Source of the DNA: Gaiellaceae bacterium | Lineage (GTDB): Bacteria; Actinomycetota; Thermoleophilia; Gaiellales; Gaiellaceae | Assembly: GCA_036270155.1 (NCBI GenBank) | Contig: DATBDB010000169.1 | Coordinates: forward strand, 4,316 to 68,315 | Direction of reading: 5' to 3' | Length of the DNA stretch: 64,000 nt | Shown: in pieces, positions 28,155 to 38,136 of the stretch | How the letters are laid out: each line of letters starts with the position of its first letter | How positions within the stretch are numbered: the stretch's first letter is position 1 | The notes under the pieces: generated by a model | What the model was told of the DNA's origin: nothing | Database searches by the model: none | What the model saw: only the letters and a program-made list of their open reading frames with translations | Position numbers and translations under genes: made by a program

Positions 28155-29546
28155 CTACAAGGCCTTGGTCGCTGCGATCAGTTCGTCGATGGAGTCCTTC
28201 GCATCGCCGAAGAGCATCGTGGTCTTGGGGTTCAGGAAGAGCGGATTGTCGATACCGGCGAAGCCGGGGTTCATCGAGCGCTTGAGCACGACGACGGCGT
28301 CAGCCTGGTCGACATTCAGGATCGGCATCCCGTAGATCGGGCTGCCGGGGTTGTTCCGTGCGTCGAGGTTGACGACATCGTTTGCGCCGACGACGAGCGC
28401 AACGTCGGTCTGCGGGAACTCCGGGTTGATCTCGTCCATCTCCTTCAGCTGCGGGTAGGGCACGTTGGCCTCGGCGAGCAGCACGTTCATGTGACCGGGC
28501 ATGCGGCCGGCAACCGGGTGGATCGCATAGGAGACGTTGACGCCCTTTTCCTTGAGCAGGTCGGCGAGCTGGCGCAAGTCATGCTGCGCCTGTGCGACCG
28601 CCAGGCCGTAGCCGGGGACGACGACGACGCGGTGCGCGTATGCGAGCATCACGGCGACGTCGTCCGGGGTCGTCGAGCGCACCGCTCCGCCGTTCGAGGC
28701 CGCTGCTGCGGAGCCGCTTGCGGCGACTGTGCCGAACGCGCCGAAGAGGACGTTCGCGATCGAGCGGTTCATCGCGCGCCCCATCTTGACGGTGAGCAGG
28801 GTGCCCGAGGCCCCGACCAGCATGCCGGCCACGATCAAGACGTTGTTCTGGAGCTCGAAGCCTGTCGCTGCGGCGGCGAGCCCCGTGAACGCGTTGAGCA
28901 GCGAGATCACAACCGGCATGTCTGCGCCGCCGATCGGTAGGACGAACAGGATCCCGAACAGGCCGGCGCCGAGGCCGAGGGCGCCGAGCAGCCACTGGTG
29001 CTCGTAGCCGGCGACGATGACGACGCCGGCTGCGACGCAAGCGGCGAACAGCACCAGGTTGACGACCTTTTGACCGGGATAGGTGATCGGCCGGCCTCGA
29101 ACCAGCTCCTGCAACTTGGCGAACGCCACCATCGAGCCGGTGAACGAGATCGAGCCGATCAGTGCCGAGAGAACGAGCGAGATCGAGACGTCCCGCGGCA
29201 GGTCCCCGGCAGCCGGTGCGCGTGTGTGGAACTCCGCGAGTGAGATCAGCGCCGCCGCCCCGCCGCCGACGCCGTTGAACAGCGCGACCATCTGCGGCAT
29301 CGCCGTCATCTTCACGCGTCGCGCCGCCACCGCTCCGGACGCGCCGCCGATGATCATCCCGACGACGATCTCCCAGTAGCTCACGACGCGCGCGTTCGCG
29401 AAGGTGACTGCGATTGCGACGAGCATCCCGACCGCGCCGATCTGGTTGCCACGGCGCGCGGTTGCCGGATTGGAGAGGAACCGCAGAGCCAGAATGAAGC
29501 TCACGATCGTGACCAGGTACACCAGGTTCGTGATGTCGTTACTCAC
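28155..29546 (-). CDS. pntB: NAD(P) transhydrogenase subunit beta
   Basis: Multi-TM N-terminal half. C-terminal dIII motifs VVPGYGLAVAQAQ, AIHPVAGRMPGHMNVLLAEA and GANDVVN. Confidence 0.9.
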   Translation of the reverse strand: MSNDITNLVYLVTIVSFILALRFLSNPATARRGNQIGAVGMLVAIAVTFANARVVSYWEIVVGMIIGGASGAVAARRVKMTAMPQMVALFNGVGGGAAALISLAEFHTRAPAAGDLPRDVSISLVLSALIGSISFTGSMVAFAKLQELVRGRPITYPGQKVVNLVLFAACVAAGVVIVAGYEHQWLLGALGLGAGLFGILFVLPIGGADMPVVISLLNAFTGLAAAATGFELQNNVLIVAGMLVGASGTLLTVKMGRAMNRSIANVLFGAFGTVAASGSAAAASNGGAVRSTTPDDVAVMLAYAHRVVVVPGYGLAVAQAQHDLRQLADLLKEKGVNVSYAIHPVAGRMPGHMNVLLAEANVPYPQLKEMDEINPEFPQTDVALVVGANDVVNLDARNNPGSPIYGMPILNVDQADAVVVLKRSMNPGFAGIDNPLFLNPKTTMLFGDAKDSIDELIAATKAL

Positions 29547-29856
29547 GTCCGTCCTTCTCTGGCGCTTCGCGCTTCCTGAACATTTCGAGCATGCGATCGG
29601 TGACGACGAAGCCGCCGACGACGTTCGCCGACGCGAGCACGACCGCCACGAGGCCGACGACGAGCGTGAGCGTGTCCTTGTGGCCGAGACCGGCGACGAG
29701 CATCGCTCCGACGATCACGATCCCGTGGATCGCGTTCGTGCCGGACATGAGCGGCGTGTGCAGCAGCGTCGGCACCTTCGAGATCACCTCGAAGCCGAGG
29801 AAGATCGCGAGGACCAGGATCGTCAGCTCGAAGACGATCAGCGTCGTATGGCTCAC
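29539..29856 (-). CDS. pntA: NAD(P) transhydrogenase alpha subunit, membrane part (PntAB/alpha-2)
   Basis: FLGFEVISKVPTLLHTPLMSGTNAIHGIV. GTG at 29856 overlaps the pntAA stop (GTGA). Confidence 0.8.
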   Translation of the reverse strand: MSHTTLIVFELTILVLAIFLGFEVISKVPTLLHTPLMSGTNAIHGIVIVGAMLVAGLGHKDTLTLVVGLVAVVLASANVVGGFVVTDRMLEMFRKREAPEKDGRE

Positions 29857-30935
29857 GCTGCGAGCTCCTCGCTGTGGGTGACGCACGTGCCCGCGGTGAT
29901 CTCGTCCTTCCAGTCGAGCGCGAGCTCGCCGTTGGGCGCGAGGTGCTGCAGCAGCGCGATCACGTTGCGTGCATAGAGCTGGCTCGCGTGGTTCGGCATC
30001 CTTGCCGGCAGGTTGGTCAGGCCGACGATTCGGACGCCGTCACGCACGACCTCCTCGCCGGGCGCGGTCAGCTCGCAGTTACCGCCCGCCTCAGCGGCCA
30101 GGTCGACGATCACCGAACCGGGCCGCATCGCGTGCACCGCGGCGGCCGGGATCAGCTTCGGTGCCGGTCGACCGGGGATCAGCGCCGTCGTGATCACCAC
30201 GTCGTAATCGGGCAGTTGCTGCTCCAGCGCGCGTTGCTGCGCTGCCTGTTGCTCGGCGCTGAGCTCCGTCGCGTAGCCGCCCGCCGTCTCCTCACCGCGA
30301 ACACCGAGGTCGAGGAAGTTCGCGCCCAACGACTCGACCTGCTCGCGCACGACCGGCCGGACATCGAAGCCGGCCACCACAGCACCCAGCCGGCGCGCGG
30401 TCGCGATCGCCTGCAAGCCGGCGACACCAGCGCCCATGACCAGCACCTTCGCAGGCGGGATCGTTCCCGCCGCCGTCATCAACAGAGGGAAGAACTTCGG
30501 CAACCGCTCAGCTGCGATCAGCGTTGCGTGGTAGCCCGCCACCGTCGCCTGTGACGACAGCGCGTCCATCGACTGGGCTCGCGTGATCCGCGGCACCGAT
30601 TCCATCGCGAACGCGACGACGCCCTGCCGTGCAAGCCGTTCGATGCCCTCGGTGTCCGTCAGCGGTTGCAGGAAGGCGATCAACACCGATCCGTCGCGCA
30701 ACCGCGCCGTCTCCTCCGCGCTCGGCTTTTCCACCTTGACCACGATCTCCGCCGTCCACGGATCACCGATTACCGCGCCCACGTCCACGTATGCCTGGTC
30801 GCTGAACCCCGCTTCGACGCCCGCGCCGGACTCGACCACGACGTCGAAGCCGTCGAGCCGTCCGATTGCCTCGGGGACGAGCGCCACCCGGCGCTCCCCC
30901 GAAGCGAGCTCCTTGGGAACGCCGATGCGGCTCAG
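29853..30935 (-). CDS. pntA: NAD(P) transhydrogenase alpha subunit, soluble dI part (PntAA); probable CTG start
   Basis: Alanine-dehydrogenase/PNT fold ([22 protein letters not shown]). The conserved N-terminal [16 protein letters not shown] lies upstream of the first GTG (30887). See the finding for this region. Confidence 0.8.
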   Translation of the reverse strand: MSRIGVPKELASGERRVALVPEAIGRLDGFDVVVESGAGVEAGFSDQAYVDVGAVIGDPWTAEIVVKVEKPSAEETARLRDGSVLIAFLQPLTDTEGIERLARQGVVAFAMESVPRITRAQSMDALSSQATVAGYHATLIAAERLPKFFPLLMTAAGTIPPAKVLVMGAGVAGLQAIATARRLGAVVAGFDVRPVVREQVESLGANFLDLGVRGEETAGGYATELSAEQQAAQQRALEQQLPDYDVVITTALIPGRPAPKLIPAAAVHAMRPGSVIVDLAAEAGGNCELTAPGEEVVRDGVRIVGLTNLPARMPNHASQLYARNVIALLQHLAPNGELALDWKDEITAGTCVTHSEELAA

Positions 30936-32131
30936 CTTTGCGACCCGTTCATTCCGTTGCGAACGATGATCGCCTGGCCTTCTCCGCCTCCGACGCAGAG
31001 GGCGGCGACCCCGCGCGTCGCATGCGCGCGCTTCAGCTCGTGCAGCAGGGTGACGAGGATCCGTCCCCCGCTCGCGCCGATGGGATGACCGAGGGCGATC
31101 GCGCCGCCGTTCGGGTTGACGCGGCCGGGATCGACGCCGAGCTCGTTCAGCACCGCCACGGCCTGTGCTGCGAACGCTTCGTTCAGCTCGAAGAGGTCGA
31201 CGTCGGCGAGTTGCAGGCCGGCCCGCTCGAGCGCCTTGCGAACCGCGGGGACCGGGCCGATGCCCATGATGCTCGGCTCGACGCCGACCGACGCATGACC
31301 CTCGACGAGCGCGAGCGGCTCCAGTCCGAGCTCGCCCGCCTTGCGCGCCGACATCAGCATGAGCGCCGCGGCGCCGTCGTTCAGGCCGGACGAGTTGCCT
31401 GCCGTAACGGTTCCGCCTTCGCGACGAAAGGCGGGGCGGAGGCGGCCCAGCTTCTCGACCGTCGTCGCGGGACGCGGATGCTCATCCGTCGTCACGACGA
31501 CGGGACCTTCCGACGAGGGAACCTCGATCGGAACGATCTCAGCGTCGAAGACGCCGTCTTCGACCGCGCGGCCGGCCTTCTGCTGGCTCGCAGCCGCAAA
31601 CGCGTCCTGCTCATCCCGGCTGATCCCGAACTGCTCGGCGACGTTCTCGGCCGTGATCCCCATGTGGATGTCGCCGAAGACGTCCCAAAGACCGTCCCGG
31701 ATCATCGAGTCGACAAGCGCGGTGTCGCCCATGCGCGCGCCGAAGCGGGTCGCCGGGCTCAGGTACGGGGCGCGTGACATGTTCTCCATGCCGCCGGCGA
31801 CGACGATCTCGGCATCCCCGGCCCGGATCATCTGCGAGGCGAGGGTGACCGCCTTCAGGCCCGACCCGCAGACCATGTTCACGGTGGTCGAAGGGGTTTC
31901 CTTCGGGATTCCTGCGAGCATCGCCGCCTGACGCGCGGGGTTCTGTCCGAGGCCTGCCTGGAGGACGCAGCCAAGCACGACTTCGTCTATTTCGTCGGCG
32001 GCGACCTGCGCGCGCAGGCGCGCTGCATTAATGGCCTGCGCGCCGAGCTCCGTCGCGGGAATGTCTTTGAACTGGCCGCCGAAACTTCCGACCGGCGTCC
32101 GTACTGCACTGACGATTACGGCGTCTTCCAT
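30932..32131 (-). CDS. acetyl-CoA C-acetyltransferase (thiolase II)
   Basis: [41 protein letters not shown]-type motif ([17 protein letters not shown]) and CVGGGEG. Confidence 0.9.
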   Translation of the reverse strand: MEDAVIVSAVRTPVGSFGGQFKDIPATELGAQAINAARLRAQVAADEIDEVVLGCVLQAGLGQNPARQAAMLAGIPKETPSTTVNMVCGSGLKAVTLASQMIRAGDAEIVVAGGMENMSRAPYLSPATRFGARMGDTALVDSMIRDGLWDVFGDIHMGITAENVAEQFGISRDEQDAFAAASQQKAGRAVEDGVFDAEIVPIEVPSSEGPVVVTTDEHPRPATTVEKLGRLRPAFRREGGTVTAGNSSGLNDGAAALMLMSARKAGELGLEPLALVEGHASVGVEPSIMGIGPVPAVRKALERAGLQLADVDLFELNEAFAAQAVAVLNELGVDPGRVNPNGGAIALGHPIGASGGRILVTLLHELKRAHATRGVAALCVGGGEGQAIIVRNGMNGSQS

Positions 32132-32367
32132 CGCGAAAAGGCTCCCTCGGGTGGCGGGCAACAATCGTCCTCGAAGCTATCCCCGGCCCCGCGACGCGGG
32201 ACCTGATCCGATGGCGCGGGCGAACCGTCCCGGCGGGCAGCCGCACACCAACGGTCCGAGAGCGAAGGTCAAGCGGGGGCGCGCGAACTCTTGTGACGCC
32301 CGATCGGCGCGCTCCGCCGCAGCCGCGATGCGGCGGAGCGCCCCACCCGAACCGAGAGGGGGTGAGC

Positions 32368-32565
32368 GTGCTCTACGACACCATCGATCCCACGGCTTGC
32401 ATCCGCTGCGGCAACGCCGTTGGCGCCGGCGCGGTGTCGTATTGCTATCCGTGCCTGTGGGCCGTGCGCGCGGAGGTCGAGGAAGGCTTCGGCGAGCTCG
32501 AGGAGCTTCTGCGCAAGGCGGCGTTGGAGGTGTGGCTCCGTGAGCATGAGGGCGGTCACGAATGA
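32368..32565 (+). CDS. possible small CxxC...CxxC protein
   Basis: GAGGGGG RBS and GTG at 32368. ACIRCGN...YCYPCLW followed by an acidic helix. Confidence 0.4.
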   Translation: MLYDTIDPTACIRCGNAVGAGAVSYCYPCLWAVRAEVEEGFGELEELLRKAALEVWLREHEGGHE

Positions 32566-32784
32566 AGACGTGTACTCCCGCCGCGGTAAGCCCCGTACCA
32601 AAACCTGCGGTATCGAAAAGTGTCGTCTGTCGGGCGACGTCAAGACCTCCGCCCGCAGGGACCATGCACGTGCGATCAAGCAGACAACGTCAAGTTCGGC
32701 AGGGCGTGCTGAAAAAACGGTGCTCCGATTTCGAGTTGCCCCGGCGATAGCCCTGGTCGCCGAGGGCGCGAGGAGGAACGACTG

Positions 32785-33162
32785 ATGTTCTCAAGCAAGC
32801 ATAAGAAAGCGGTCCTGGCAGTGGCCGGAGCGCTCGCCCTCGGCGTCCCGGCAGCCTCGAGCGCCGCGATCATCCTTCCCGGCCTCGGATTGACGGGGGT
32901 CGGCGCGGCATCGACGGCACCGGCGCCCACCCCCGTCACGAGCGTCGTGGGCGCAAACGGCGGCGTCCTCGGCGCGGACGGCCCGCTCGGCGCGAACGGC
33001 CCGCTCCATGGAGCCGGCTGCGTGGGGGCGAACGTCAACCCGAACTCCCTCGGGATCGACGGCCCGCTCGGTCCTGACGGCCCGCTCGGTCCAGGTGGGA
33101 TCGGAGCCAACCTCACCTGCGCGACGAACGGCATCGGCCTCGTGGGCCTGTTCGGCTTCTAA
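32785..33162 (+). CDS. small secreted protein with two short Gly-X-Y runs around a Cys knot, paralogue of 26214..26687
   Basis: AGGAGG RBS. Signal peptide KKAVLAVAGALALGVPAASSA. GVLGADGPLGANGPL-HGAGCVGANVNPNSL-GIDGPLGPDGPLGPGGIG. Confidence 0.65.
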   Translation: MFSSKHKKAVLAVAGALALGVPAASSAAIILPGLGLTGVGAASTAPAPTPVTSVVGANGGVLGADGPLGANGPLHGAGCVGANVNPNSLGIDGPLGPDGPLGPGGIGANLTCATNGIGLVGLFGF

Positions 33163-33178
33163 CGGCTGCATCGATTCG

Positions 33179-33214
33179 GCAGACGCGCGGCGGCATCGTC
33201 CACCGCGCGTCTGC
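33179..33214 (+). terminator. perfect 12-bp stem hairpin after 32785..33162
   Basis: GCAGACGCGCGG / CCGCGCGTCTGC with a 12-nt loop. No strong U-tract. Confidence 0.5.
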
Positions 33215-33287
33215 GTGTCGAACTTCCGCGTTTCGAACTTCCGCGTTTCGAACTTCTGCGTTTCGAAAGTCTGCGTGTTCCGGAGTA
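33213..33287. repeat. 15-bp tandem array (4 good units plus 1 decayed), with a TCGAA core in all four good units (full TTCGAA in units 2-4)
   Basis: GCGTGTCGAACTTCC GCGTTTCGAACTTCC GCGTTTCGAACTTCT GCGTTTCGAAAGTCT GCGTGTTCCGGAGTA. Confidence 0.9.
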
Positions 33288-33346
33288 CCGGGGCTACCTC
33301 CCGGAAGGCAGCGCAAAGAGCCACCCGCGGGCCGACGACCGGCCCG

Positions 33347-34330
33347 ATGCCCGGCCGCCACCATCCAATGGTGGCCGTGAGCGATCCGTACGACGTCTAC
33401 CACCAGGTGCCCGTTGCCGGCGGGACGCTGCGTCTCGCACGTGCAGGCTTCCCGGCTGAGGAGGCCAACGGAGTGGTGCTGGCGGTGCACGGCATCACCT
33501 CGTCATTGATGGTTTGGCGGACGATTGCGCGCGATCTGACCAGCCGCCTGGATATCTGCCTGCTCGCACCCGACCTGCGCGGGCGCGGCCAGAGTGCTCG
33601 CCTGCCGGGGCCGTACGGATTCGCCGCGCATACCGCCGACCTCCTTGCAGTCCTCGACTATGCGCGCGTCGAGCGGGCAGTGCTGGTGGGGCACTCGATG
33701 GGGGCCTATGCCATCGCCCGCCTTGCGGCGGAACACCCGGAGCGTGCGGCAGCGGTGGTGCTCGTCGACGGCGGTATGCCGTATGCCGACGCGCCCGAGG
33801 GCGATCCCGACGTCGTCCTCGAGGAGGCCGCCGAGCCTCTGACCGAGCGCTTGCACAAGACATTCGCGTCCGTCGACGCGTACGTGGACCACTGGGCCGC
33901 GCACCCGGCGTTCACGAACGCGTGGGGCGACGACGTGGAGGCGTACGCACGCTACGACGTGGAGGGGGAGCCCGGTTCGATGCGCTCGGTCGTCGCCGAA
34001 AGCGGCGTGATGGTCGACCTGAACGAGCTCCTGTTCGACGAGGCGACCAGGACGGCGCTCGACCGGGTCCGCGCGCCGATCCACGTCGTCCGGGCCGCGC
34101 GCGGGCTGCTGGACGAGCCGGAGAAGCCGCTGATTGAGGCGGACTTCCTGACCGATTTCGCAGCCAAGCGACTCGACGTATCCGTTGAATGCGTCCCGAG
34201 GGCGAACCACTACACCGTCGTGCTCGGCGCGGGCGACGGACCGCTCGTCGTTGCGGGCGCGATCGAGCGAGCCCTGCGTCAAACCGGATCGGAGGCGAAC
34301 TTCAGTGCTGCAACTGAGCGATCCGTTTGA
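33347..34330 (+). CDS. alpha/beta-fold hydrolase
   Basis: VLAVHGITSS and nucleophile elbow GHSMGA. The upstream part of ORF 33008.. is non-coding (repeat array). Confidence 0.8.
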   Translation: MPGRHHPMVAVSDPYDVYHQVPVAGGTLRLARAGFPAEEANGVVLAVHGITSSLMVWRTIARDLTSRLDICLLAPDLRGRGQSARLPGPYGFAAHTADLLAVLDYARVERAVLVGHSMGAYAIARLAAEHPERAAAVVLVDGGMPYADAPEGDPDVVLEEAAEPLTERLHKTFASVDAYVDHWAAHPAFTNAWGDDVEAYARYDVEGEPGSMRSVVAESGVMVDLNELLFDEATRTALDRVRAPIHVVRAARGLLDEPEKPLIEADFLTDFAAKRLDVSVECVPRANHYTVVLGAGDGPLVVAGAIERALRQTGSEANFSAATERSV

Positions 34331-35264
34331 GGCGCGCTACGACGTACCGGTCGCAGGCGGCAAACTCCACGTCGCCCTCGCGGGCACACCTCCCGACGAG
34401 GCGGACGCCGTCGTGCTGGCCATCCACGGCCTGACCTCGTCGCTGATGGTCTGGCGGACCGTCGCACGTGAGCTCTCGCATCGCACGCGCGTCTGTCTGA
34501 TCGCTCCGGACCTACGAGGTCGAGGGCGCAGCGCCGAGCTCGCCGCGCCATTCGGCTTCGACGCACACCTCGCCGACCTCCTCGACGTCCTCGACTACTT
34601 CTCGGTTCAGCGCGCAGTGGTCGTCGGCCATTCGATGGGCGCGTATCTCGCCGGCTGCCTCGCGGCATGGCATCCGGAGCGTGTGGCGGCTGTCGTGCTC
34701 GCCGATTCCGGGTTGCCGTTCCGGTACGTGCCGAAGGGCGACCCCGCAGAGGTGGTCGAGCGTGCGTTCGGCGCCGCGATCGGGCGGCTGCGGATGACGT
34801 TTGACTCGGTGGAGGAGTACGTCGCACACTGGCGTGCTCATCCTGCGTTCGCGTCCGTCTTTCAGCCGGGCTTCGTACGCGCGTGGAACGACGACATCGA
34901 TGCCTACGCGCGCTACGAGACCACCGGTGAGCCCGGCGCGATCCGCTGCGTCGTCTCCGAGTCAGCCGTGTTCGCCGACAGCGAGGAGATGCTGCTCAAC
35001 GAGAGCACGAGGACGGCACTCGACAGCGTGCGTGTGCCGATCGTCCTCCTGCGCGCGTCCCGCGGCGTGAACGGCTACGACCTCCCCCTGATCGCGCGCC
35101 ATCAGCTCCTCCGGCTCGCCGCTCAGCACCCGGATGCGTACGTCCAGGACGTATGGGGCGCGAACCACTACACGCTTGTGCTCGGACCGACCCTCGGGGC
35201 CCGACGCGTCGCGACGGCGCTGGCGCGCGCTTCGCGCCTGGCCGAGACGCCGGTCTGGGCTTGA
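34305..35264 (+). CDS. alpha/beta-fold hydrolase, tandem paralogue of 33347..34330
   Basis: GGAGG RBS and GTG at 34305. VLAIHGLTSSLMVWRT, APDLRGRGRS and GHSMGA align with the upstream gene. Confidence 0.8.
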   Translation: MLQLSDPFEARYDVPVAGGKLHVALAGTPPDEADAVVLAIHGLTSSLMVWRTVARELSHRTRVCLIAPDLRGRGRSAELAAPFGFDAHLADLLDVLDYFSVQRAVVVGHSMGAYLAGCLAAWHPERVAAVVLADSGLPFRYVPKGDPAEVVERAFGAAIGRLRMTFDSVEEYVAHWRAHPAFASVFQPGFVRAWNDDIDAYARYETTGEPGAIRCVVSESAVFADSEEMLLNESTRTALDSVRVPIVLLRASRGVNGYDLPLIARHQLLRLAAQHPDAYVQDVWGANHYTLVLGPTLGARRVATALARASRLAETPVWA

Positions 35265-35271
35265 GCACGGC

Positions 35272-36540
35272 TCACGAGCCCGTGAGCGCGGCGTGCTTCA
35301 AGCTGAGGACGAGGACGAGCAGGTCGTTCACGTCGTGAACCTCGCGGCCCGTCAGCTGCTCGATGCGGTGGAGACGGTAGGCGACCGTGTTCGGATGAGC
35401 GTGGAGAGCGGCGGCGCTCTTCGTGATGTTGAAGCCGGCATCGACGAAGGCTCGAAGCGTTCCGACGAGATTGGCCTGCCGCGCGAGGTCGTATTCGACG
35501 AGCGGCCGGAGCGTTTCGGTCAGGGCACGCTCGATCGCGGGGCTTGAGCGCACGATGTGGTCGATCAGAACCTCGTCGAACGTGAGCGCGTGCCCGTTGT
35601 CGCCGGTCGCCTCGGCCAGGCGCTCGGCCGCCCTTGCCTCCGCGTAACCGGCTGCGATCGCCCCGGAGCCCGCGTGCCAGCCGCTGATGCCGATGTTGAT
35701 GCCCGGTGCGATGAGCGACTCCGACAGCTCCGCGCACTCGCGCCTCACCACCGCGACGCCCTCGCGGGTGTCGAGCGGGTACGCCACCACGACCTCGCGC
35801 TCCCGGATGCCGACGAGCAGCGGGCCTTCGAGCGGCGTGAGGTGCGCGCGCACACCTTCGACGATCCGGCGGAGAGCTGAGTAGCCCTCGGCTTGCAGAT
35901 CGGCGGCGTCGAGCGTCCTCCCGTTCGCATCGCGCATGACCACGACCACGTACCCGTCCGCGAGTCGGACGTGCAGCGCCTGCGCGCGGCGCCGAATCTG
36001 CTCGGGCTCGCCGCCGCCTGAAACGAGCGCCTCCAGGAGATCACGGCGCAACAGCCCGAGATCGCTGAGGGGATTCTGCAACTCGTCGAGGTACGCCTGA
36101 ATGCCGGCGGTGGTTGCCGCGTCGACATGGCGAAGAAGTCGCGCCGCCGCTTGGAGCGCCGCAGTGCTGTCGGCGGGGCTGTCGGCCCGGACCGTTTCGA
36201 GAACGGCGGTCCACGCCGTCTGACCGAACAGGCGCCACGCACGCTCGAGCGCTTCCAGTGGGACCTCGTGCGCGCGTCGTGCGGCGGCGCTCCTGACCCG
36301 CTCGAACTCGGCGTCGGACGCCCCGTCCCCGGTCTCGAGGTCGTCGAGCAGTGCGTCGATATTGGCCAACGTGAAAGCGTAGAGATCCGTCTGGTGGTCG
36401 TCGTCGGCGAACCGGTAATCGACGACCTCTTTGCGGAGGCGCTCGAGGAACTGCTGCGCGAGTGCCTCCTTGCGGTCTCTGATCCGCGCGGCGACTTCCG
36501 CGAGCGCCGCGTTCGCCTCCGGCCGTTGCGACTGCTTCAT
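35272..36540 (-). CDS. PucR/CdaR-family transcriptional regulator
   Basis: C-terminal HTH LVGTLRAFVDAGFNITKSAAALHAHPNTVAYRLHRIEQLTG. Confidence 0.8.
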   Translation of the reverse strand: MKQSQRPEANAALAEVAARIRDRKEALAQQFLERLRKEVVDYRFADDDHQTDLYAFTLANIDALLDDLETGDGASDAEFERVRSAAARRAHEVPLEALERAWRLFGQTAWTAVLETVRADSPADSTAALQAAARLLRHVDAATTAGIQAYLDELQNPLSDLGLLRRDLLEALVSGGGEPEQIRRRAQALHVRLADGYVVVVMRDANGRTLDAADLQAEGYSALRRIVEGVRAHLTPLEGPLLVGIREREVVVAYPLDTREGVAVVRRECAELSESLIAPGINIGISGWHAGSGAIAAGYAEARAAERLAEATGDNGHALTFDEVLIDHIVRSSPAIERALTETLRPLVEYDLARQANLVGTLRAFVDAGFNITKSAAALHAHPNTVAYRLHRIEQLTGREVHDVNDLLVLVLSLKHAALTGS

Positions 36541-36756
36541 TCCGTGCGCGAGCAGCTGTGCTCGATGGGGAAGCAGGCGCGGATCGACATGCTCCCTATC
36601 CTCGTCGCAGCGCGATGGGCTGCGCGTCGGGCAGCCGGCGGCTGTCGGCTACCGCGCGCGGCGGGACCGCGGAGCCGTGCCCTACGCCCTGGGCGGTACG
36701 TGAAGGCGGGCCTGGGAGGCGATGCCGCGCGGCCGTGCGGCCACCAAGATTGGGCC

Positions 36757-37491
36757 GTGCGCGCAGCACTCGTCACCGGGGCGGCGGGCGGCATCGGCCG
36801 GGCCGTCGCCGAGCGGCTTGCGGCGGAAGGCGTTGGAGTGCTCGCGGTCGACCTGGCGGCCGACCCGACGGCACCTGGTGAGCCCTTCGCTGCCGATCTC
36901 ACGACGCGGGAGGGCAATCGCGCCAGTGTGGAGGCGGCGATCGAGAACTTCGGCCGGCTCGACGTGATCGTCGCGAACGCCGGATTCCAGAACGTCGCGC
37001 CGGTCGTGGACTTCCCCGAGGACAGCTGGGACGCCTTGGTCGCGCTGATGCTGACGAGCCCGTTCCTGCTCGCCAAGTACGCGTGGGGGCACCTCCGCGC
37101 GAGCGGCGCAGGCCGGTTCGTCGCGGTCGCGTCCGCGCACGGGGTCGTGGCCTCGCCGTACAAGGCGGGCTACGTCGCCGCGAAACACGGGGTGGTCGGG
37201 CTCGTCAAGACACTTGCGCTCGAGGGCGCTGCTGACGGGATCACCGCGAACGCCGTCTGTCCCGGCTACGTCCGCACGCCCCTCGTCGAGCGGCAGATCG
37301 CGGCCCAGGCGCAGGCCAACGGGATCACGGAGGAGCGCGTGCTCGAGGACGTCATCCTTGCGCCGCACGCGATCAAGCGGCTGATCGAGCCGACAGAGGT
37401 CGCCGACGTGATCGCCTTCCTGGCCGGCCCGGCCGGCGCCTCCATCACCGGCGGACCGGTGCTGGTGGACGCCGGCTGGACGGCGCACTAA
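36757..37491 (+). CDS. bdhA: 3-hydroxybutyrate dehydrogenase (classical SDR)
   Basis: TGAAGGIG, NAGFQ, YKAGYVAAKHG, CPGYVRTPLVERQI and the terminal VDAGWTAH. GTG start at 36757. Confidence 0.8.
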   Translation: MRAALVTGAAGGIGRAVAERLAAEGVGVLAVDLAADPTAPGEPFAADLTTREGNRASVEAAIENFGRLDVIVANAGFQNVAPVVDFPEDSWDALVALMLTSPFLLAKYAWGHLRASGAGRFVAVASAHGVVASPYKAGYVAAKHGVVGLVKTLALEGAADGITANAVCPGYVRTPLVERQIAAQAQANGITEERVLEDVILAPHAIKRLIEPTEVADVIAFLAGPAGASITGGPVLVDAGWTAH

Positions 37492-37495
37492 CTCG

Positions 37496-38134
37496 CTAGT
37501 TCGCGTGCTTGGAGTTCCGGATGATCTCGCAGAAGTTGGCGCGGACGAAGCCGGGGAGCTTCTCGGCCAGCACGTCGTCGTTCATCGTCCCGAACGTCGT
37601 GTCGGGCCTCTCCGCCATGCCGTCGGCGAAGGCCTGGATGATCGACTCCTTGAAGTCCACCCGGGGGTAGGCGGCGAGGACGGCCTCGCGGTCTTCGGAG
37701 TCGATGTCGTCGTAGCCGAGCCCGAGCACGTCGAGCTCGACCCCCGCGGTGACGAGGGCCACCTCGGGCTCCTTGTGCGGCGGAATGCCGGGCGTCGTGT
37801 GCAACGCGATCGCGTCCCACACGATGCGCACGGCGTCGGGGGCGACGCCGTGCTCAACGAGGAACTCCCGCGCGGCGTTGGCGCCGTCGACCTCGAACCG
37901 ATCGTGTGCGCTGCGATGTCCGTCGACAAGACCGATGTCGTGGAACATCGCACCGATGAACAACAGCTCGGGGTCGTAGCTCAGGCCAAGCCGGTTGCCC
38001 TGCAGGGCGCCGAACGAGTAGACACGGAGCGAGTGGTTGTAGAGCAGGTCTGACTCCACACTCCGGATCAGCTCGGTCGCGTCCCGCGCAAGGCGGCTGT
38101 CGGGGACAGCGATCGGAGAATGAGTAACGGCCAT
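37496..38134 (-). CDS. HD-domain metal-dependent phosphohydrolase
   Basis: GAMFHDIGL and ALHTTPG. ATG at 38134, 2 nt after the catalase stop. Confidence 0.8.
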   Translation of the reverse strand: MAVTHSPIAVPDSRLARDATELIRSVESDLLYNHSLRVYSFGALQGNRLGLSYDPELLFIGAMFHDIGLVDGHRSAHDRFEVDGANAAREFLVEHGVAPDAVRIVWDAIALHTTPGIPPHKEPEVALVTAGVELDVLGLGYDDIDSEDREAVLAAYPRVDFKESIIQAFADGMAERPDTTFGTMNDDVLAEKLPGFVRANFCEIIRNSKHAN

Positions 38135-38136
38135 GA

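Noticed and set aside
33213-33287. Possible CRISPR array or mobile-element terminal repeats; the same question was asked of the repeats at 16855-17052 and 53332-53486
   Set aside because: The units are contiguous with no spacers, too short or inside coding sequence, and no cas, transposase or integrase genes occur in the window.
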